Below are positions 59,220-64,000 of a stretch of 64,000 nucleotides of DNA, piece after piece; within the stretch, counting starts at the first letter, position 1, and each line of letters opens with the position of its first letter. The DNA lies in the NCBI GenBank assembly GCA_009703055.1, contig WLGW01000001.1:4079-68078 (forward strand), written 5' to 3'. The position numbers were made by a program, and so were the translations under genes. The notes under the pieces were generated by a model, which searched no databases, had not been told where the DNA came from, and saw only the letters and a program-made list of their open reading frames with translations. Source of the stretch: Actinomycetota bacterium (GTDB taxonomy: Bacteria; Actinomycetota; Acidimicrobiia; Acidimicrobiales; Ilumatobacteraceae).

Positions 59220-60152
59220 TTAGTCGATTGTTCGCACTGAACACTTCGCGATAACCGCCGCCATGTCAGCAGGCAGTTCTGCTTCGAAGGTCATCTCTTC
59301 ACCGCTGTCGGGGTGAATCAACGTCAAGCGTCGCGCGTGCAACATCGGACGAGGCGCAACGAGAGCAGACCGTGCACCGCCATACATCGAGTCACCGACA
59401 ACAGGATGACCCACTGCACCGAGATGCACACGAATTTGATGTGTTCGACCAGTTTCCAACGTGCACTGCACCAGTGTCACTTCAACAGGATCATTGAATG
59501 TCTCTTGCACTTCAAGATGGGTGCGCGCCCATTTGCCACTGTTGACAACTGCCATCTTCATCGGGTCTCGGGGGTGACGACCAATAGCTGCATCTACTGT
59601 TGCAGTGGGCGAATCAAACCGACCCCATGCGAGTGCCAAATACTCGCGACCTACTTCATGTTCTTGCAGAGCAGCAACGAGCGAGTCATACGCACGTTGT
59701 GTGCGAGCAACAACCATCATGCCGGTGGTTCCCGAGTCAAGACGGTGAACGATGCCGGGGCGACCAGGCTGACCAACCGTGGCCACTTCGGGATACAACG
59801 CAAGAATTCCGTTTACCAGCGTGCCGTTGCCATGACCTGACGCAGGATGCACAACGACTCCAGCAGCTTTATTGATCACGATGATGTCGTCATCGACGTA
59901 GACAACGTCCAACACAACCGAAGCATCGGGCCCTGGAAGAACAGGAACAGGAATCTTGTCGAGATCAACAACAACTGTTTGACCTTCTTTCAGACGCGAT
60001 TTTCCAGAAGTCACGACTGAACCATCAATCTCGGTCCCACCATCAGCAATGAGTTTGGTTGCATCAGAACGAGAGATATCTGCAATCAGCGACACCACGC
60101 GGTCAATACGTTCACCGTCTAACGCGGCCGGAACTGTCTCTTCAACTTTCAT
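59220..60152 (-). CDS. rluD: RluA-family 23S rRNA pseudouridine synthase
   Basis: 310 aa with an S4 domain at the N-terminus and the catalytic motif HRLDSGTTGMMVVA. Confidence 0.92.
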   Translation of the reverse strand: MKVEETVPAALDGERIDRVVSLIADISRSDATKLIADGGTEIDGSVVTSGKSRLKEGQTVVVDLDKIPVPVLPGPDASVVLDVVYVDDDIIVINKAAGVVVHPASGHGNGTLVNGILALYPEVATVGQPGRPGIVHRLDSGTTGMMVVARTQRAYDSLVAALQEHEVGREYLALAWGRFDSPTATVDAAIGRHPRDPMKMAVVNSGKWARTHLEVQETFNDPVEVTLVQCTLETGRTHQIRVHLGAVGHPVVGDSMYGGARSALVAPRPMLHARRLTLIHPDSGEEMTFEAELPADMAAVIAKCSVRTID

Positions 60153-60631
60153 ATGTGCCTCTCGAGACGTTTCGCTTCCCTGTACTCGCGGAATAAACCC
60201 AAAATCAATACACCTGCGCCGACAGTGATCGCCGAGTCAGCTGCGTTGAACACAGCGAACCACTGAAAATCAATGAAGTCCACAACATGCCCATGCAGCC
60301 ACCCATCACCACGAAAAACGCGATCGGCAAGATTTCCGATGGCTCCACCGATAATCATTGCAAGACCGTATGCAGCGAAAACTGTTTCTGCACGCACGGC
60401 AGCACGAATCAATAACGCCACTGCTACCAGAGCAACAATGCCCACGACAGGACCAAGGTCTTGAGCCTGAGAAAAAGCAATACCGCTGTTGAAACCCAAT
60501 GCAAAACGAAGCGTCCACACCACATCAATGGTGCGACCATCATCTAATGCATTCACGGCCCATGATTTTGACCATTGATCAACAAGGACAATGAGGGCAA
60601 CAACAAGCGCCAAGCGGCGCGGAGATGGCAT
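60149..60631 (-). CDS. lspA: lipoprotein signal peptidase (signal peptidase II)
   Basis: It has four TM segments, with NSGIAFS and the VVDFIDF catalytic Asp region. I place the start at ATG 60631, just after the upstream stop. ATGA overlap with rluD. Confidence 0.9.
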   Translation of the reverse strand: MPSPRRLALVVALIVLVDQWSKSWAVNALDDGRTIDVVWTLRFALGFNSGIAFSQAQDLGPVVGIVALVAVALLIRAAVRAETVFAAYGLAMIIGGAIGNLADRVFRGDGWLHGHVVDFIDFQWFAVFNAADSAITVGAGVLILGLFREYREAKRLERHI

Positions 60632-60647
60632 GGAAAAACTGGGCGAC

Positions 60648-61613
60648 CTAACGGCGGCCCAGTCCACCAGCACGCTCGGTCACCAACTCGGTCGCCCACG
60701 GCAATGCCTTGAGGCGCTCACGAGGAATTGGTGAACCCGAAACACTGGAATAGCCGTATTCGCCAACCTTCATACGAGCCAATGCAGCATCAATCTCTTC
60801 AACTGTCTGACGAGCAAATGCTGACAGTGTGAGGTCCTGCTCGCGCTCCACCACCATGGTGTCGCCTTCGCCGCCTTCATCGTCGAACTGCACGTCGCCC
60901 ATTTCGGCGTCGGCAATCATCGCATTTGCTTCATTCTCGAGTCGGTTCGCTTGACCAACCAACTTGACACGCTCGTCATTCAACAATTCACGCTGCGAGA
61001 GAAGAAACTTCATATCGAAGTCCTTCGTAGCGGTGATGCCGTCTTTCGTTTCGCCCTTGACAATCACGTGACGCTTTGGTGGTTCAACCTTCTTCAGCGG
61101 AATTCGCGGTGGCATCGCTGGAGGCATAGGAGCAGCAACGGGAGCTGCCTTCACTGCAGCAGATGCAGCTTTCTTAGTATCAGCCTTCTTTGGCTCAACC
61201 TTTGGTGCTGCTGCTTTCTTCGCAGGAACAACCTTCTTGGCTGGTGCAGCCTTCTTTGCAGGAGCCTTCTTCGCAACAACCTTTTTCGCTGGTGCTGCCT
61301 TTTTCGCAACAACTTTCTTCGCGACAACTTTCTTGGCTGGTGCAGCCTTCTTTGCAGGAGCCTTCTTCGCAACAACCTTCTTCGCTGGTGCAGCCTTCTT
61401 AGTCACAACTTTCTTGGCCACAACTTTCTTGGCCACAACCTTCTTCGCAGGAGCTTTCTTCGCAACGACCTTCTTTGCCGGAGCAGCTTTCTTCGCAGCG
61501 GTCTTCTTGGCTGGTGCAGCCTTCTTCGCAGGCGCGGCCTTCTTTGCCGGAGCCTTCGATGCCACCTTCTTTGCTGGCGCCTTCTTAGCGGGGGCCTTCT
61601 TCTTGGTTGCCAT
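60648..61613 (-). CDS. histone-H1-like Lys/Ala-repeat protein fused to a DksA/TraR-like C-terminal domain (DdbA-like)
   Basis: ATG 61613 lies 6 nt after a perfect AAGGAG. Residues ~3-150 are (A/P)AKK(A/V) repeats. The C-terminus has a coiled coil and EIDAALARMKVGEYGYSSVSGSPIPRERLKALPWATELVTE, which aligns to the DksA/TraR zinc-finger region but has no cysteines. It lies between ileS and lspA. Confidence 0.8.
   Translation of the reverse strand: MATKKKAPAKKAPAKKVASKAPAKKAAPAKKAAPAKKTAAKKAAPAKKVVAKKAPAKKVVAKKVVAKKVVTKKAAPAKKVVAKKAPAKKAAPAKKVVAKKVVAKKAAPAKKVVAKKAPAKKAAPAKKVVPAKKAAAPKVEPKKADTKKAASAAVKAAPVAAPMPPAMPPRIPLKKVEPPKRHVIVKGETKDGITATKDFDMKFLLSQRELLNDERVKLVGQANRLENEANAMIADAEMGDVQFDDEGGEGDTMVVEREQDLTLSAFARQTVEEIDAALARMKVGEYGYSSVSGSPIPRERLKALPWATELVTERAGGLGRR
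61160..61606 (-). repeat. in-frame tandem repeat tract encoding the AKK(A/V) repeats
   Basis: Short 12-15 nt units are reiterated throughout. A 96-bp (32-codon) duplication, 61234-61329 versus 61330-61425, has its first 50 nt identical. Confidence 0.8.
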
Positions 61614-61679
61614 GATGATCTCCTTCACCGAACTTTCGCCCGTGTTGCCCCGAGAGGCTACGACCCGAAAGGGGGTAAC

Positions 61680-64000
61680 TCAACGACTTACTGCAACAAG
61701 TACAGCGATGGATGTCCCTTCAATGGACACGGTGCGCTCGAGGCTCGAGTTCCACACCACCTCCACCGCAAGGGTTTCACCAGCAATCAGAGCCTCATGA
61801 GGGGCCAATTGAGCATGAACTGCGTCATCGGCCCCCAAGGTCAAAACAATCCGATCAGAGACGTTGAGATCGGCATCTCGGCGAGCTTGTTGCACCGCGC
61901 GCACCACGTCTCGGGCCAAACCTTCGGCCTCCAACTCTGGCGTGAGGGTGATATCGAGAAGGACGACTCCCGCACCACCAGGCAATGGAGCACTGGCAGA
62001 GTCCGACTTCGTGACCAATTTGAGGGCATATTCACCGGGCTGCAATGTCTCCCCTGCCACCAAGATCGTGTCGCCGTCTTGCGTCCATTCGCCTTTCTTC
62101 ACTGCGACGATGACCTGCTGCGTGTTCTTCCCGAGACGGGGACCCACAACTGCCGGCACCACTTGCAGCTCATGTGATGCAACGGAATCAACATCGGCCG
62201 TGAGGAGAACCTCGCGAACATTCACTTCATCTTTCACGATGTCGAGATAATTCTGTAGCGATGTCGCATTAGGCGATGCCACCGTTAACGAAGCCAATGG
62301 CAATCGAACTCGACGGCTGTTTGCCTTGCGAACCGACAGTGCCGATGAGCACACATCACGCACCATGTCCATCGATGCAACGAGTGCGACATCACGTGGC
62401 AGCGCAGCCGAGGTCGGCCAATCTGCAAGATGCACGCTCGGAGCATCAGTGCCATTCAAGCCTGCACTGATCTCATCAGTGATCAGTGGCAAAAGAGGCG
62501 CCGAAATCTTCGTGATGTAATCAAGCACCGTATGCAATGTGTCGATTGCATCTTGATCGCCAGCCCAGAAACGATCACGGCTGCGACGGATGTACCAGTT
62601 GGTCAATACGTCAAGGAAGGTTCGAATTGTTTGGCACGCTGCGAACAAGTCGTAGGAGTCCATTGAAGCGGTGACGCTGTCAATCGTGTCCGCCAACTTT
62701 GACAGGACGTACTGGTCAAGAACATTTGTGGAGTCAGTGCGAACGGATCCGCTCTTTCCCTCAGCATTGGCATAGAGAGACAGGAAGTAATACGAGTTCC
62801 ACAACGGCAAGAGGACTTGTCGCACGGTGTCACGCATTCCAACATCGGTGACCGAGAAATCTCCACCACGCAGAATCGGTGACGACAACAGGTACCAACG
62901 CATTGCATCAGCGCCATGCGAATCAAAAACCGCCATCGGGTCGGGATAGTTCCGCAGACTCTTTGACATCTTTGCGCCATCATCACCCAGAACAATTCCG
63001 TGGCTCACACATGAAACAAAGGCAGGACGATCAAATAATGCCGTTGCAAGAACATGCAGTGTGTAGAACCAGCCGCGGGTTTGGCCGATGTACTCCACAA
63101 TGAAGTCACCGGGGTAATGATTCTCGAACCATTCGCGATTCTCAAACGGGTAATGCACCTGAGCAAACGGCATGGAACCACTTTCAAACCAGCAGTCGAG
63201 CACCTCAGGAACACGGCGCATCATTGACTTCCCGGTGGGGTCATCAGGGTTTGGTCGGACCAAATTGTCGATACCCGGGCGATGCAGGTCATTTACCTCG
63301 ACGCCAAAGTCACGACTGAGATCTTCAATCGATCCGTACACATCGATACGTGGATACGTCGGGTCATCGCTCTTCCACACAGGAATTGGTGAACCCCAGA
63401 ATCGATTACGACTAATCGCCCAGTCGCGAGCATTACCAATCCACTTACCGAATGTTCCATCTTTGATGTGCTCGGGAGTCCAGTTGATGTTCTGGTTTAG
63501 TTCCACCATGCGGTCACGAAACGCCGTGACTTGCACGAACCACGATGACACTGCGCGATACACAAGTGGTTCTGCACAACGCCAACAGTGTGGGTAACTG
63601 TGGTTGTACGTGTCATGACGCATCACGACACCCATTTCCTTCAAAGCCTTAATGACATCAGGATTTGCATCGAAGACATGACGGCCCACCCATGGCGTGA
63701 TTTCTGCGGTGTATTGACCATGTTCATCCATCGGACAAATGGTGGGAATGCCAGCTGCATTGCATTCGTTCTGGTCGTCTTCACCAAAGCCTGGCGCCAT
63801 GTGCACCACACCCGTGCCATCTTCTGTTGTCACAAACTCAGCACCGAGCACCTGGAAAGCATTTTCTGTATCCGCAAAGAACGGGAACAGAGGCGTGTAA
63901 CGACGACCAACAAGTTCTGCACCCTTCAGAGTTGCCACTTGCTCTGCGCCTTCGAGTTCTTTTTCATACCCACCAAGGCGGGCGGCAGCCAAGATGTACT
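61680..64000 (-). CDS. ileS: isoleucine--tRNA ligase (type 2), N-terminal part beyond window
   Basis: It has [12 protein letters not shown], the editing-domain remnants, and the long type-2 C-terminal extension. The frame stays open to the window edge, so the track's M at 63992 is internal. Confidence 0.96.
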   Translation of the reverse strand, partial: YILAAARLGGYEKELEGAEQVATLKGAELVGRRYTPLFPFFADTENAFQVLGAEFVTTEDGTGVVHMAPGFGEDDQNECNAAGIPTICPMDEHGQYTAEITPWVGRHVFDANPDVIKALKEMGVVMRHDTYNHSYPHCWRCAEPLVYRAVSSWFVQVTAFRDRMVELNQNINWTPEHIKDGTFGKWIGNARDWAISRNRFWGSPIPVWKSDDPTYPRIDVYGSIEDLSRDFGVEVNDLHRPGIDNLVRPNPDDPTGKSMMRRVPEVLDCWFESGSMPFAQVHYPFENREWFENHYPGDFIVEYIGQTRGWFYTLHVLATALFDRPAFVSCVSHGIVLGDDGAKMSKSLRNYPDPMAVFDSHGADAMRWYLLSSPILRGGDFSVTDVGMRDTVRQVLLPLWNSYYFLSLYANAEGKSGSVRTDSTNVLDQYVLSKLADTIDSVTASMDSYDLFAACQTIRTFLDVLTNWYIRRSRDRFWAGDQDAIDTLHTVLDYITKISAPLLPLITDEISAGLNGTDAPSVHLADWPTSAALPRDVALVASMDMVRDVCSSALSVRKANSRRVRLPLASLTVASPNATSLQNYLDIVKDEVNVREVLLTADVDSVASHELQVVPAVVGPRLGKNTQQVIVAVKKGEWTQDGDTILVAGETLQPGEYALKLVTKSDSASAPLPGGAGVVLLDITLTPELEAEGLARDVVRAVQQARRDADLNVSDRIVLTLGADDAVHAQLAPHEALIAGETLAVEVVWNSSLERTVSIEGTSIAVLVAVSR

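Noticed and set aside
61160-61606. This repetitive DNA tract could superficially look like a CRISPR array or a non-coding satellite.
   Set aside because: The repeats are 12-15 nt (and 96 bp), in frame, without unique spacers of constant length. They lie inside an ORF with an excellent SD and start. They encode AKK-type histone-like repeats.
60951-62177. A 408-aa plus-strand ORF, together with the 187-aa ORF 61237-61800, lies opposite the Lys/Ala-repeat gene and the ileS 3' end.
   Set aside because: These are mirror translations of the minus-strand repeats. They give monotonous F/A/G/L/R/C-rich peptides (FFAGAAFFATT..., LLRNNLLRWCSLL...) with no start context. The minus-strand products have clear homology (DksA-like, IleRS).
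1-64000. I searched by eye for tRNA, rRNA, tmRNA, RNase P or SRP RNA genes, CRISPR arrays, IS elements and prophage genes.
   Set aside because: The largest non-coding gaps are 154, 106, 89 and 88 nt, and none shows cloverleaf or known RNA signatures. No transposase, integrase or phage-like ORFs are present. A covariance-model scan would be needed to exclude small RNAs formally.

Overview
This window looks like a very compact chromosomal core segment from an actinobacterium (Actinomycetota). The assignment rests on mshC (mycothiol), the PI/PIM lipid genes, an F420-type reductase, and gene order collinear with what I recall of the Mycobacterium tuberculosis Rv2533c-Rv2614c region. I did not compute GC content; it looks moderate. 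I support about 60 protein genes. I recognised no tRNA, rRNA, CRISPR array, transposase or integrase.

Positions 1-39641 are a single co-directional minus-strand array with near-zero spacers and many ATGA or 1-nt start/stop overlaps. In transcription order it runs pimA, HtpX-like, DUF3048, pdxS-pdxT, yebC, bcp, ruvC-ruvA-ruvB, queA-tgt-yajC-secD-secF, rel, hisS-aspS, rarA, alaS-ruvX-mltG, aroE-aroC-aroK-aroB-aroQ, pepP, efp-nusB, a DUF2079 membrane protein, then pyrR-pyrB-pyrC-carA-carB-pyrD.

The second part of the window holds:
- a small arsenic module (LLM oxidoreductase, arsC, MIP channel, arsI-like, arsR) wedged into the otherwise conserved pgsA-acyltransferase-pimA lipid cluster;
- HIT, thrS, plsC, mshC, npdG, fabI, a DUF255 thioredoxin-domain protein, a nitroreductase and an unknown protein;
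- dnaE, an alkaline-phosphatase-family protein, an Rrf2 regulator, rluD, lspA, a histone-like/DksA-like fusion gene, and the 3' part of ileS.

I found no clear-cut new multi-gene system. The most interesting items are:
1. a composite pyr leader: PyrR-box hairpin, U-rich 27-codon uORF, embedded intrinsic terminator, and ATGA coupling to pyrR;
2. a DdbA-like Lys/Ala-repeat-DksA fusion whose four zinc-finger cysteines are all replaced;
3. an HtpX/M48 homologue with its catalytic motifs destroyed;
4. the ars module splitting the PIM cluster, with a tandem operator-like repeat;
5. an SOS (Cheo) box on the ruvC start codon;
6. back-to-back leaderless-type -10 hexamers in a 17-bp divergent spacer.

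All calls come from reading the translated ORFs and the DNA by eye. No searches were run.
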